From NCBI GenBank assembly GCA_946965045.2, contig OX337233.1, positions 496,001 through 560,000 of the forward strand: 64,000 nucleotides of DNA, written 5' to 3'. Position 1 is the stretch's first letter; every line of letters starts with the position of its first letter. The notes under the pieces are model-generated. The model was not told where the DNA came from. It saw only the letters and a list, made by a program, of their open reading frames with translations, and did not search any database. The stretch comes from Epithemia pelagica. Lineage: Eukaryota; Protista; Bacillariophyta. Shown in pieces: positions 10,104-21,400 of this stretch. The translations under genes and the position numbers were made by a program.

Positions 10104-11549
10104 ATGTGTGACGATCTAGCGAATTATTGGGGAGCTTCTTTAGTAATTCCGGATCGCTGTCGATCTCAAAACAAAAGGAAAGCGATCGATTCTTTCTTAC
10201 ACTCTGACTCCAATTCCGAAACAGCACTCCGCGAACTTATCAAAGAATCTACCAATGGGCAATTTTCACTCGAAAAATTGACCCCCAACGGTTCGGATGC
10301 AAATTTGTTCGCCATCACGAGTCTTTCGAATGGCGACAGTAATGGAGTTCTTATAGCATGTGGAAGTTATGTTGCCGGGGACCTGGGCCCTCTACAACAT
10401 TGGTCCACAGCCGATTTCCATGTCGATGATGGTCCTTCTTTCATAGTAGATCCTGGATCGACCAATGTATCGGATGGCGCGAAAATGCGATCTGTTGCCT
10501 TGCCCTATTGGATACCAGGGACTTGTACACAACGACAACAAGATTCTTTCGAAGATCTATGCTTACATGGTCTTCATAAGCGCTGTCTTTTCCAAAAAAC
10601 GGTAAAGAGACCAGTCACGACGTTGTTTCTCGAATTACTACTTGCATCTAATGGGAGTGTATTATCTGACAGATGCTTGTCTCGAATTGGAATGTTGGCC
10701 GCCCATCACAACTTCAGCATCATTGTTGATGAAATTTTGACGGGTGGCAGAATTTCATCAATGCTTATGACGATGTCTAAACCTTTGTTCTTTGTCGAAC
10801 AGGTTGCCTATATCACCATGGGGAAATGGTTTGGTTGTGGGTTAGTATTATCAAGCAAGAAACAAGATATAATAGTGTCTGAAAAGCAACACAATCTCGT
10901 TGTTAGAGGAACAACCACCTCTCTTCGATGTGACGATGTCCTTCCTTATTTCGAGAAGATGCTAAGCATGCTTCCGTCAATTGTTTCCCGAAGGAATAAG
11001 GTTTTGAGCCGATTCCCCTCGTTATCAAATGACAGCATATGGGGTGAAGGGCTCATCGTTTTCATGCCCCGTCGCTGTCTCGGTGTTCGCGTTGGCCTCA
11101 AGAATCGGTTGTTACCTTTACTGAGTGACACACCGATTGACAATATTATTACTTCTGCCGAACCAACATGGAATAAAGTTGCCGTGAGCAAAAAAACCAT
11201 GTCCTGTATCATCAAATGGACAGTGTGCCCATTCTTCATCGATCGGAACTTCTACATTGAACATCATCTCTTGTGCTTATTCGAGATGATTGTGTATATT
11301 GTGGATCATACTCGTGGCGATGACGATCCATGGATGACTACGTCTCAAATACATGAGTTTGTCACTAAGAAGTCACTCGAACATGAGACTGCGACTACGA
11401 GGACATCCACATCTATTTTGAGATTGATGGAAAGGGCTGGACTTCTTCACAAGCAGTTGAAGACAACTAAACGTCTTCAAGGTTGGTCCGTGGTGAAAGA
11501 GGCAATATCATATCCATGGGACTTGGAAGGGTATAACATCACTGGCTGA
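10104..11549 (+). CDS. Class-III PLP-dependent aminotransferase-fold protein with a putative C-terminal winged-helix region (481 aa)
   Basis: Motifs in canonical order: NGSDANLFA (cf. SGSEAN), VLIACGSY (cf. IAFEGSYHG), LELLLASNG (cf. EPIQGEGG), IIVDEILTGGR (cf. DEVQTGxGR; Asp at 10728), ITMGKW (candidate Schiff-base Lys at 10824-26), IWGEGL (cf. VRGxGL). The ATG at 10104 follows a CT-rich leader. Confidence 0.7.
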   Translation: MCDDLANYWGASLVIPDRCRSQNKRKAIDSFLHSDSNSETALRELIKESTNGQFSLEKLTPNGSDANLFAITSLSNGDSNGVLIACGSYVAGDLGPLQHWSTADFHVDDGPSFIVDPGSTNVSDGAKMRSVALPYWIPGTCTQRQQDSFEDLCLHGLHKRCLFQKTVKRPVTTLFLELLLASNGSVLSDRCLSRIGMLAAHHNFSIIVDEILTGGRISSMLMTMSKPLFFVEQVAYITMGKWFGCGLVLSSKKQDIIVSEKQHNLVVRGTTTSLRCDDVLPYFEKMLSMLPSIVSRRNKVLSRFPSLSNDSIWGEGLIVFMPRRCLGVRVGLKNRLLPLLSDTPIDNIITSAEPTWNKVAVSKKTMSCIIKWTVCPFFIDRNFYIEHHLLCLFEMIVYIVDHTRGDDDPWMTTSQIHEFVTKKSLEHETATTRTSTSILRLMERAGLLHKQLKTTKRLQGWSVVKEAISYPWDLEGYNITG

Positions 11550-11578
11550 AGTGCGTAGTGTGATAAAACGACATTCTA

Positions 11579-14188
11579 CTAAAACAAATTGTTGTTGAGT
11601 TTGGGCAGTTCCATATTTCCACTAGGGTAACGCTCTCTCCAACGATGTCCAACCACCCAATACATGTTTCTGAATAACTCATCCCCAGTCGCATTCATCA
11701 TTGGTAATAGGAGAACGATTTCCTGCAGTGCTTGGTCTTTGAGTTCCTTCATAGATTCGAACAGCTTTGATTCGGCATCATCAGAAATACTGATTGGCGA
11801 GGTCCAACACAGAGTGTTCGACCACTTGCCCAACTCGTCATGGAACTTCAAGCTGATGAGTTTCACCATCATTCGGGTATTACCCGTTTCTTCACCAACT
11901 GGACGGAAAGGAATGTACATTCTTCCGTCCTCCAGTACAATTCCTGATAAGACTTCATGAGCTTCAACAGCCTCTATCAGATCTTGACGATTCCTATAGA
12001 CCTTGACCATACTGTCAGTGTCGCGTCGGAAGGACTGCCTTTCCACATATTCAGGATCTTGATTGAGTATCCATTGAATTGTGTCGTGTTGGTATAGCTT
12101 GGTCAGCGTTAGGTTCGTCCAATCAGTGTTACTCCTTTTTATATGGAGAAGTGGCTTCATTCGTTGTATCTTGCGTTCTCCCTCCCACCCTCCTTCCCAA
12201 TGAAGGAGGGCGGGTCCCATTTCATTATGCATCATTGCACATGATAGAATCCCAAGGGAATTAGATTTCACGAAGTTTGGAAGCTTCCGCAACTTATCAG
12301 CTGCCATCAGAATTGAATCCACGTCCACCATTGCGTCCATATACAGGAGAACAAGATCATGAAGGTCATCCACTCTCCGTCTATTTGTCATTATCCTGGA
12401 GAAACAAACGTTCATTGTAACCACGAAACGAACAATAGTCTTATGTTCTTCCATATATTGTGGTTTGGACTGCACTCTCTCACTTACTAAAGAAGGGACG
12501 CACATCAGAAATTTCCAGATTCTCGCAGCAAAGAGATAATTCTCGCTGACCCAAACACCTGTACCCCAAGATGATGTTGACAATGGTTGGGACGTAAAAA
12601 ACTTGGTACAACGTAGCGATCGTACGCGAGAAAGATATACGTTTGCTTGCTTGCCAAAAGGCGCGAGCGATTCGAATTTCCCAAGCCATTTGGCAATCAT
12701 GTCAATGTTGCTCTTCATATGGCCTAGAAACAACATATGCATAGGCGCAAAGTGGCACTTAGCAAGTGCTTTGATGTCTGACCAGCTCGACGGAAGAACC
12801 ATTCGCGCCGGTTCCTGTCCTGTTGATTGCATATCTTGGTACAGTGATTCGATCATTCTGTTGCTACATGCGCATGTTTTTAGGAAAGCAACGAAATTAG
12901 ATTTGTTCCAGTATTTTTGATTGGCTCGTCCTCCAGGCTTTAGAGTTCTGGCGTTATGACAAGCAAAGGTACAGGCCCTTTTTAACCAATCTTTGGACGA
13001 CAATCCCATAAAATACGTAGTTGCACCTTGGTGATTCTCGTTATTGGGTGGGCATATAGTGTAAGTATTACACCAGACTTGGTTTCGCGACGACTTGGTG
13101 TTGTTTGGGTCAAAGTCGTCGCGCCACTCTCTGAGCCAAAGATATAAGACAAATTCGTTTTCTGACTCATTGAGCGATTCATTCTTTCTCAGTTCTAACA
13201 ATAGATTCTTGGCTGCCACTGTCGAAGAAACACTTGTGACTGGTTTGTCTGGTAATATACATACCCTTGAATGAAACAGATAATCATCAAACTTTCTCGC
13301 CTTACCCAGTTCATTGGCCAGAAGATCGACCAGAGAAACATAAGAATGAGTCTTGTCCTTGGTCGCCTTGGGGATCGGATGGGGTAGATTCGGAAGGATT
13401 GCGTTTTTTCCAGAAAGAAAATATGAATCGAAATCACCGGTAGAACTTGGAAGTCTGATCGTTCTGAAGATGGATAGTGTTGGGTCAGCATTATTTCCAG
13501 CGATTGCCAGTAAATCGGCAAGAATCTCTCGCTGCTTATCCGAAAGTTGGATTAACAAAGTGGATAAGTGCATGCAAAAGGCTGCTTTTTGAGTGGTTAC
13601 TTGTTCTGGATCAACACCGAATGCTGTCCCAATTAAAAACCGAGCGCCATAACCTCTCTGTACTATTTCATGTGCCAAAAAGGTGGGTGTTTTGGACTTG
13701 TTGTCAAAACCAAGATCTCGAAGTTGTGCCGTAATGGACACAATGTCTTGTATTCTGGAAGAGGGAACATCATGATTGGATTCGTTGTCTTGTGGTTCGT
13801 CAATCATTGAGCTGTCATCACCAATTTCGTTCATTGTTCCGAAGTCATTGTCCACAATGGAACTTTCTGATTCGTGACATGAATTGGAACTCATCCGAGT
13901 ACTCTTTTCATGTTGAATGTGACTCATAGACTTCGTGTGTCGTTCAATATACTTCCATTGGCCGATATACCCCTTGGATCGTCCAATACAGTTTGGTTCG
14001 TCTCTTGCTTTACAAATGGAACAGCAATAAACCGTTTTTCCATAAGCTAAACAATTTGCCGTCTTGTTCTGGCACATACCCTGTAACAGGTTAGATTGTA
14101 GCGCATTATGAAAGTTCTTAGATGGAACTAATGGCAAGACCTGGCCGCAGGAAGGACATGGCATTTCCATGGACGAGCCACTCATCAT
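11579..14188 (-). CDS. CMC/EnSpm-like DDE transposase (869 aa), possibly with an in-frame internal deletion
   Basis: N-terminal Cys/His cluster (CPSC...CSIC...HTKSMSH). WRDDFDPNN (first acidic motif), PMHMLFLG (cf. DxMH), HWEGGWEGERKIQ (terminal Glu region). Lies inside a CACTG-ended element. Confidence 0.7.
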   Translation of the reverse strand: MMSGSSMEMPCPSCGQVLPLVPSKNFHNALQSNLLQGMCQNKTANCLAYGKTVYCCSICKARDEPNCIGRSKGYIGQWKYIERHTKSMSHIQHEKSTRMSSNSCHESESSIVDNDFGTMNEIGDDSSMIDEPQDNESNHDVPSSRIQDIVSITAQLRDLGFDNKSKTPTFLAHEIVQRGYGARFLIGTAFGVDPEQVTTQKAAFCMHLSTLLIQLSDKQREILADLLAIAGNNADPTLSIFRTIRLPSSTGDFDSYFLSGKNAILPNLPHPIPKATKDKTHSYVSLVDLLANELGKARKFDDYLFHSRVCILPDKPVTSVSSTVAAKNLLLELRKNESLNESENEFVLYLWLREWRDDFDPNNTKSSRNQVWCNTYTICPPNNENHQGATTYFMGLSSKDWLKRACTFACHNARTLKPGGRANQKYWNKSNFVAFLKTCACSNRMIESLYQDMQSTGQEPARMVLPSSWSDIKALAKCHFAPMHMLFLGHMKSNIDMIAKWLGKFESLAPFGKQANVYLSRVRSLRCTKFFTSQPLSTSSWGTGVWVSENYLFAARIWKFLMCVPSLVSERVQSKPQYMEEHKTIVRFVVTMNVCFSRIMTNRRRVDDLHDLVLLYMDAMVDVDSILMAADKLRKLPNFVKSNSLGILSCAMMHNEMGPALLHWEGGWEGERKIQRMKPLLHIKRSNTDWTNLTLTKLYQHDTIQWILNQDPEYVERQSFRRDTDSMVKVYRNRQDLIEAVEAHEVLSGIVLEDGRMYIPFRPVGEETGNTRMMVKLISLKFHDELGKWSNTLCWTSPISISDDAESKLFESMKELKDQALQEIVLLLPMMNATGDELFRNMYWVVGHRWRERYPSGNMELPKLNNNLF

Positions 14189-14834
14189 GGTCTCATTTTA
14201 TTCATCACTGCGGACGAGTGATATTGCGCGACCAAAGAGACTATTTCCCCCCCAAACTACACATTAGATTATAGTGCTACTTTTTCACGGTCATTGGTAC
14301 TAGGAGTATAGTTCGAGACATTGACTTCCTATTTATTCTCAGTTCCACGTGCCTTAAAACTGACGTTTTTGGAAAAAATAAGAAAATCCAGTACCAGATG
14401 ATTGTCGATGTGACATTCATAAACCAATTAAACATATGAATGTCACATGTGAGACGATGTAATTAATGAACTCCAACAAGAAATACTTAGCTAACACAGA
14501 TATGTGGTACTCCTACTTAAAAAACCGGTATTCAAACCCGTTACTTTCGGTGTTATAATTCTCTTTGTTCAATTAATCTTACATAGAGGCAAAATGCGTT
14601 GAATTATTTGATCTATGAGATAGATATGGGAAAAGATCTACCGGCCGGCTTTCTTTCTGCCACCGCGGTACTTTCGAAATTATCTGTCCTCCAACCATCG
14701 TGCAATGTCGGCCTGGAATTGATTTTCATCTCCCTCTGTGTCTCTTTGAATAAGGTGCCTGATCCGAAAGGTTGGTTTTGATGTGGAATGATACTTCTAT
14801 TCCGATCATTTCCTAATGTTATTGTTTGTTGTTT

Positions 14835-17564
14835 ATGGAAATTCCAGGAAGAATGTCTGTTATTGGATCTATCAACCGTCATCTTCCATTAGCCAATGGT
14901 GGTCAGAGGTCAATCGACGAAGAGCAATCGCAGGGAACCTATAATGACGTGATACGAAGAGTGCCGGTATCTGAAAATGGGACGCAAGTTGTATCCGTAG
15001 CTGCTGTAACAACGGTTGATTCAGTGCAAGCACTGCAGCCTCCACATCAACGAACCCACACAAATACTAACGGATTTGTTCAGCCATTGACCGTCCATGA
15101 CACTACCCGTGGTCAAATCAAACGTCTTGAATACCCCAGAGATTTTTTCAATCACAAAACGGGAGCAGGTCCTGCAAACGCCGAAGAAGCAAAAAGACTA
15201 TGGATGTATAGAAAGGGGCGACGACAAGATGGTTTGGCAGACACGGAAGAACCAGACGGAGAAGCCATGTTGATCGAGATTAAGGAAATTCGGGATAGTC
15301 TGCGGAGCTTCATCACTGCACGGTTTTGGGAGGACATTCGGATCAAGGCAAAGGATATGGACTTAAGAATTCGTGGAAAAGCATCGAACCTAGTTACGAA
15401 TGCTGATTTCAAACATCATCTCATCACGTTGGAAAATACAGAAGCAAATCAGAAAATGGTATTTGAGTTGGTACACTTGTTTCATAAAGACCGGAGTTGG
15501 TTATCAAACGCAATCGACAAGTGGTTAGATAGAGAAGGAATGTATTTGTCCGAAGTACAAAAACCTCTGATAGTTGATGGAAAACGTACAAGGAAGTGTG
15601 CCAATGACCGGGGCGGGTTTTCATCGGTGGCAAGGTCTGCAAAATCACAAGTTGTATCCGGGCTGATGGTACCCATGCTAAAGAATGCTGGCTGGATGAT
15701 TTCTCTCACGAAAGGACAGGAAAAACACAACAATTACGAGAGAAGAGTACAGTACAACACTTCGTCTTTCTTTTATGTTGTCGTTCGAGCGGAGCCAGTA
15801 AGATGCACAGAAGAAATGATGAGTATTGTGTACAGGTGTTGCGATAACTAACATGTATTCGTTGTTTGTATTGAATGAAAGACTGAAAAGCCAGATGCTA
15901 CTATTGAAGTGAGTAGTGCTACGCCTGACTTCGAACGAGCTAGTCGAATATTCACAAGCGAAATCGGAGTTGATATCGATGCTCGTAAGGTTCGCGAACT
16001 CTGGATATCATGCTTTGTTCAGAGACATGACAATGAAGAAGTAAATAAAGAAATAACAGGCAAGGAACTTGTTGTTCAACGTAACCCAGCAGAAATATCA
16101 GACCTGACAGAGAATCAGGAAGTTACGAATCAGCAAGCAATTCATGTTTCGCGGAGCGATCATCGAGACGAAACGGATCCCATTGAAAACTTTATGCCAT
16201 TGGGAGTGGTGGACGTATTGAATGAAGATGAAGAGCAGGACATCGTCGATAACCAAGAAAACGATGACGATGCGACACAGGCAATCGTCAGTGAAATAGA
16301 GTTGGGTCGGCAAACGATCAGAGACTTAATGGAACAATCCCAACAGCAAAAAGGGTGTCAAGGTTCGCAAGGAGAAAGAGCAAGGGTAGAGAACAAAGAA
16401 AGAAGAATCATACCGCATGAGGAGTCATCGGTAACGAATGTGTCGAGGAATGGGAACATAGTGGATCAAGTTGCACGTGAGAGCAGTATTACTGCTCCCT
16501 CTGAAAAAAGAGTCGAAAAGACACAGAGCACTATTACTGCGCCTTCTGAACAAGGAGTCAACAAGACGCAGAGCATTATTACTCCTCCTTCTGAAAAAAG
16601 AGTCGACAAGACACAGAGCAGTATTACTGCTCCCTCTGAAAAAAGAGTCGAAAAGACACAGAGCACTATTACTGCTCCTTCTCAAAAGAACATGGACAAG
16701 AACCAGATGTTGGGGGGGAGTAACAATAAGACGTCCCAAAAGAAAGGAATCATTGGACAGTCTGGATCATCGAATAAGGATGAAGATGGCACAATAAATG
16801 AGGAGGATTTGGTGACACAACAGTGTGAAATTCTCAGTGACAAGGAAAGGACAACAGCAACAGTCATTAGTTCGCCTAAGGTACAACCACCAGGAAAGAA
16901 GTTTTGTATGAAACCAATTTTGTTTTTGATAATGACTCAAAAAAGAGTTTGACATTCTGTTTTGTGAAAATGAAAGAAAAAAGAAGCAGTCGTTGTCAAT
17001 AAAAAAGAGAAGGTATGTGCATCAATGAGAGTTGATCTCTGTGTGAGATGGTGTGAAGAGGCTCTCATAAATGCTATTTCTGTTGTGATTGCTGTCTTTT
17101 ATTGGTAGACCAGAACTTCACCAAGGAAAAGAAAGGTAAGAGTTGGTTTCGATAGTGAAGAGAATTGTAACATCATTTTTATGGTACTGGACTCACTAAA
17201 TGTAAATGGTTTGTATTTTCAAAACAAGAGTAACGAAGAGACATCGTCAACAGTTTGTGGTGGAAAATGTGATCCTATCGTCAATCACGGACTATGTCAG
17301 TTGGTTCCAGAAGACTCTGCTGGGTATTTCACCAGTCAATATTACACCAAAAATGAGAACTGGCCGAGCACGTGTGAGAAATGTAAGAAAGGTTTTGGCG
17401 ATGATGGTTTGAAAGTCAATCAAAAGAATCCGGTTATGGTCTGTCGCAACGCTAGGCTTGCGGAGCATCCATGCAAATTTGCGTACTGTCACAAGTGCTA
17501 CACAGATTTGTTCAAGAAAAATATGGTGGAATCTCCACCAAAACGAAGGACTCGAAGGTCATGA
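14835..17564 (+). CDS. Five-exon transposon accessory (TnpA-like position) protein, about 786 aa, with a Cys-rich C-terminal domain; exons 14835-15797, 15882-16880, 16977-17012, 17109-17135, 17229-17564
   Basis: Four GT-AG introns (GTAAGA, GTACAA, GTATGT, GTAAGA donors), all phase 0, join ORFs 14826, 15909 and 17181 into one open frame. The C-terminus has CEKC...C...CKFAYCHKC. Divergent from the transposase gene. Confidence 0.65.
16482..16706 (+). repeat. Five tandem 45-bp coding repeats (S[S/T/I]IT[A/P]PSEKRVEKTQ)
   Basis: AGCAGTATTACTGCTCCCTCTGAAAAAAGAGTCGAAAAGACACAG and variants, five times. Confidence 0.92.
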
Positions 17565-18082
17565 GTAACACAGTTATGCTCAATAGTGCGTAGATATCAG
17601 ATAAATGAATAGGAGAACGTATTGTAAGATGTCATCGAATATAGAACCAAAAGATTGTCTTTTCTCTCTCGCGTCGTCTCTCTTTTTTTTGAGAGAAAGA
17701 AAAAAAAAATTTAGCTCTTCGGTTAGGATCAACTGAACTTTTATTCAGATGAGTGCTTGGAATAGTGTTTTATGATCGGAGACAAGGGGGGATTATTCAG
17801 ATGATTGTATGGAATATGTTGTTGTTCAGATGAACGAATTGAACAAATATCCACTTAAATTGAATAAGAGACTATAGAATTGAATAAGATATTCAAATTT
17901 GGATCTGATTACCATATTTCGATTGAATATGGACTGAAGAGGTGCAAATTTCACTGAATATTAGACTTATCAACTGAATAGTTCTTGGGGGATGGGGGGG
18001 ACTGTCCCTCGTCATATTCAATAAGCAGTGAACTGAATATGGTAATCTGACGATATTCAATTGAGTTTGCATTTGCAGTGAA

Positions 18083-18273
18083 GGGAGGCGGTTATAGCTC
18101 ACATAGGTCTTGGAACATCTCGATCTCATCTGGCACAACAACATTCTCTCAATCCTAGTCGTAATGCTCACTCTTTCTAAATCACTCTGTTTTGAAACCC
18201 TTTTGCTTACATCTACGATTACGTTACTTCTGTGCACAGGAGACACCATCAGGGCCAATCTAGTGATCCAACA
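18083..18273 (+). repeat. 5' LTR, remaining 191 bp
   Basis: Identical to 24027-24217. 87 + 191 = 278 bp, the same length as the 3' LTR. Confidence 0.95.
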
Positions 18274-18493
18274 TACTAGCTAGTATCGGTGATTGCTTCA
18301 TTGGTCCCCATATCGATCGAAAGAGCGAAACTCGTGAGCACGGGATCAAGAAATCTGACGCTGTTGAATTGTTGAATCGCAAAATCGGGACAGGAGTCGT
18401 TCGAATCCACAAAGGTTTGAATACTCTGATTGTATATTGTTGTGTTGTTACCATCTTGACTGACTTCATATCTATCATATCAATCAAATCAAA

Positions 18494-21400
18494 ATGGATC
18501 TCTCAAGCAGCGACAAGACCTCAACGACGATCAAGGTACCAAGCTTTTCAGGCAAGAAAGCCGACTATCCCATTTGGTGGATGCGCTTCCGTTCTCATGC
18601 AAGAGTCCACAACTTCATTGGCGCCTTATCCGATACTCCCGAGAAAGAACTTCCAAGCACTGAACATGAACCAATCGATGAATCAACAGAGAGTGGGAAA
18701 GCCGCCAAGAAAGCTTTAAACCGAAATGCCATGGCAGTTGCTTGCCTCAGTATGGCTCTTCAAGCCGACGATGACTTGAAACTGGTAATGAAATCGATCA
18801 CATCTGACTGGCCAGGTGGTCGTGCCCACATCATTGTGAAAGGACTGTTTCGGAACTACAAGAGCGAGAACATTGCTGCTAAGATGCGAATCCAACAAGA
18901 CGTGAACAAGATATCCATGACCAACACAATGAACCCGAAGATTCTTCGAAAGCGGATATCGCAGATTGAAAACCGTCACAATCATGAGCTAGCCGATGAT
19001 GATTTGGTGGCCATCGTGATCGAGAAGGCCGCACCGATTTACAGCACCATTGTCGCCACGGAACAACGCGCAAAAGGAAAAGCCCTCACAGCTGATGACC
19101 TTATTGACGCCATGATGACCCAGTGGAATCTTCATCACGACGAAGATGATGACGGAGAAGATGGCACTGAATCCAGCCTCGATCAGTCAGCCAGTGGTGG
19201 ATTGTCACTTCAGGCAACGCAAACATATCCTATCTGTCAAGCAGTCGGAGATCCCTCCAGTACTCCTCCCAAGCCATATGTTGTATGTAATTTCTGCCAA
19301 GAACCTGGACACGGATATTACCAATGCCCTCTTCGATCACAGGCGTCACAACAAGGAAGCGGAACTGCCTTGGCCGTTGGACCTGGTCAACTGCAGCCAC
19401 AGCAACAGCCCCAACAAGGATATCGACAGTACAACGGACAACAGCAAGGACAATGGCGACAACCGTATCACCAAGGCGATCGTCCTCGACCTTATTGCGA
19501 AGATTGCAAGATGTATGGCCACTCAACACAGCGCTGTTGGGAGAATCCGGCCAATGCGCATTTCCGTCCACCCAATTTGACAAGTCGACGAAACCGCCAA
19601 CAACAAGCTCCATCTCCAATTCCCCCTGCAAATGCTCCTCCAACACAAGAAGTACCCCCAGTTCAAGACATTGCGACAGTTGTTGCATCTAACACCACAG
19701 CACGTCCGACAACTCCAGCTCCCAATGGACAGTCGACAACCTTATCCGAACCACGTGTTGAGATGCTCATGAGCGGCATCGAATTCCCTCATGACTTACA
19801 ACTCCTTCGTGACCCCAACATCTGGATTGCAGACACTGGAGCCACACAGCATATGACATCACACTCTCGTGGATTTGTCAACATGTTGCGTCCAGAAGAT
19901 CCGATTAGTCTCGTTATGGCAAATGATACGACCGAAAGCGCAACAGTGATTGGAGACTTACCTGGTATCTGTTGCAACAAATATGGATGCGAATTGGGTC
20001 CTGCTCGACTGACCGGTGTCAACCTTCTGCCAAGTGCCGCATTCAACCTGTTCAGTGTCTCGAAGATGCTCAAACAAGGCTGGTCGTTGAGTGGATCATC
20101 TGAAGCAATCGTCGTCACCAAGAATAACATGAGTGTAATTTTTGACATCGTCATCCCAACTCCAGAGGGAATGATCTTCTGCATGTACTTCAAGCGCAAA
20201 CAAGATCTTACCGGACATGAAATCATTGGCGCTCTCCCTGATATCAATCCCAAGAAACGCAAGACCATAACCATGCAACAGGCTCATGACAAGCTCGGTC
20301 ACATCGACATCCGGAAACTCAAACCCATGGTCGAACATCTTGGATTTCAGCTGGAAGGCGGAGAAATGGCCAAGTGTGCAGCTTGTGCTGCAGGCAAGGC
20401 TCGTCGCAAGAATCTTCCTCGGTCTGACACTCCAACGAGTTCCGAACCCGAAGATCCATCCGTCAATCGCATTTACTTGGATATGAGCTCAGTCCGTCCT
20501 AATGCTTCACATCCTAAACCCCGCAAGAATCAATGGCGAATGATTGTTCATGGCAAGACTCAGCTCAAATTCTCAGCCTTCTACGAGTCCAAGAATGCAA
20601 TGGTTGAACCCACATGCGAATTTCTTCATCGCTGGGAAGCTAATGGTCTTGGGGCGACTCATGTGCGTCTCGATAATGCCGGTGAAAATATCCTTCTTCA
20701 GTCGCGTAGTCAGTCCGCCGATTGGAAGCTGAACCTCAACTTTGAATTCACTGCGCGCAATACTCCGCAACAGAACTCGCTTGCGGAAGTTGCAATATCT
20801 ACCATTGCTATGCGAGGTCGAGCCATGATGCATCGAGCTAATATCCCTATGGAGTATTGAAGTCTATTATGGACTACTGCCTTTGATACGGCAACATTAT
20901 TGGATGGCTTAATAGTCATAGAGATCGATGGAGTTTCTAAAACACGGTACAAACACTGGAGTGGGCAATTGCCCCGATTTGCACATCATTTACGAACATG
21001 GGGGGAGGCTGGAACGGTCAAAACAGCCACTGATACGACCAAGAAGTTGGAAGACAAGGGCACCCATTGTATTTTCGTCGGGTATTGCCGCGATCATGCT
21101 GGGGATGTTTATCGAATGTTTAACCCCCAAACTAAGAAACTTCATGTGACTCGCGATATCACATGGTTGCATCGGATGTATTTTCTTCCCCCAAATGATT
21201 CACCGCATCTCATGATCACTCCAATATTGGCACCCGAGAACGACTGTGACTCGGAGGTGCACCTCGAAGACGAAGGCAACGCGTCAGATCGATCTAAGCC
21301 CTTCGTTGAAGAACTTGAAGATGATTGTCCCAACCAACCTGTAGTGGACACTCCCATGGTCGAGACAGTTGATCGAACAACGGACGCTGACGAAAATGTG

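Larger units (their letters stand above)
7978..18080. mobile_element. 10,103-bp CACTG-terminated DNA transposon (CMC/EnSpm-CACTA-like) with a 2-bp AA TSD, carrying four genes
   Basis: Left end CACTGCAACTCAAATT; right end reverse complement CACTGCAAATGCAAACTCAATT. The intact 3' LTR shows the empty site CCGC-AA-GGGA, and AA flanks both ends (7976-77, 18081-82). Subterminal CATCTGA/TCAGATG repeats. Visibly AT-richer than the flanking host genes. Confidence 0.9.

Noticed and set aside
16482-16706. Regular 45-bp repeats as a possible CRISPR array
   Set aside because: No unique spacers; in-frame coding repeats in a eukaryotic gene.
20858-20860. TGA as programmed gag-pol readthrough or selenocysteine
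   Set aside because: It lies inside the integrase domain, not at the gag/pol boundary; a point mutation is simpler.
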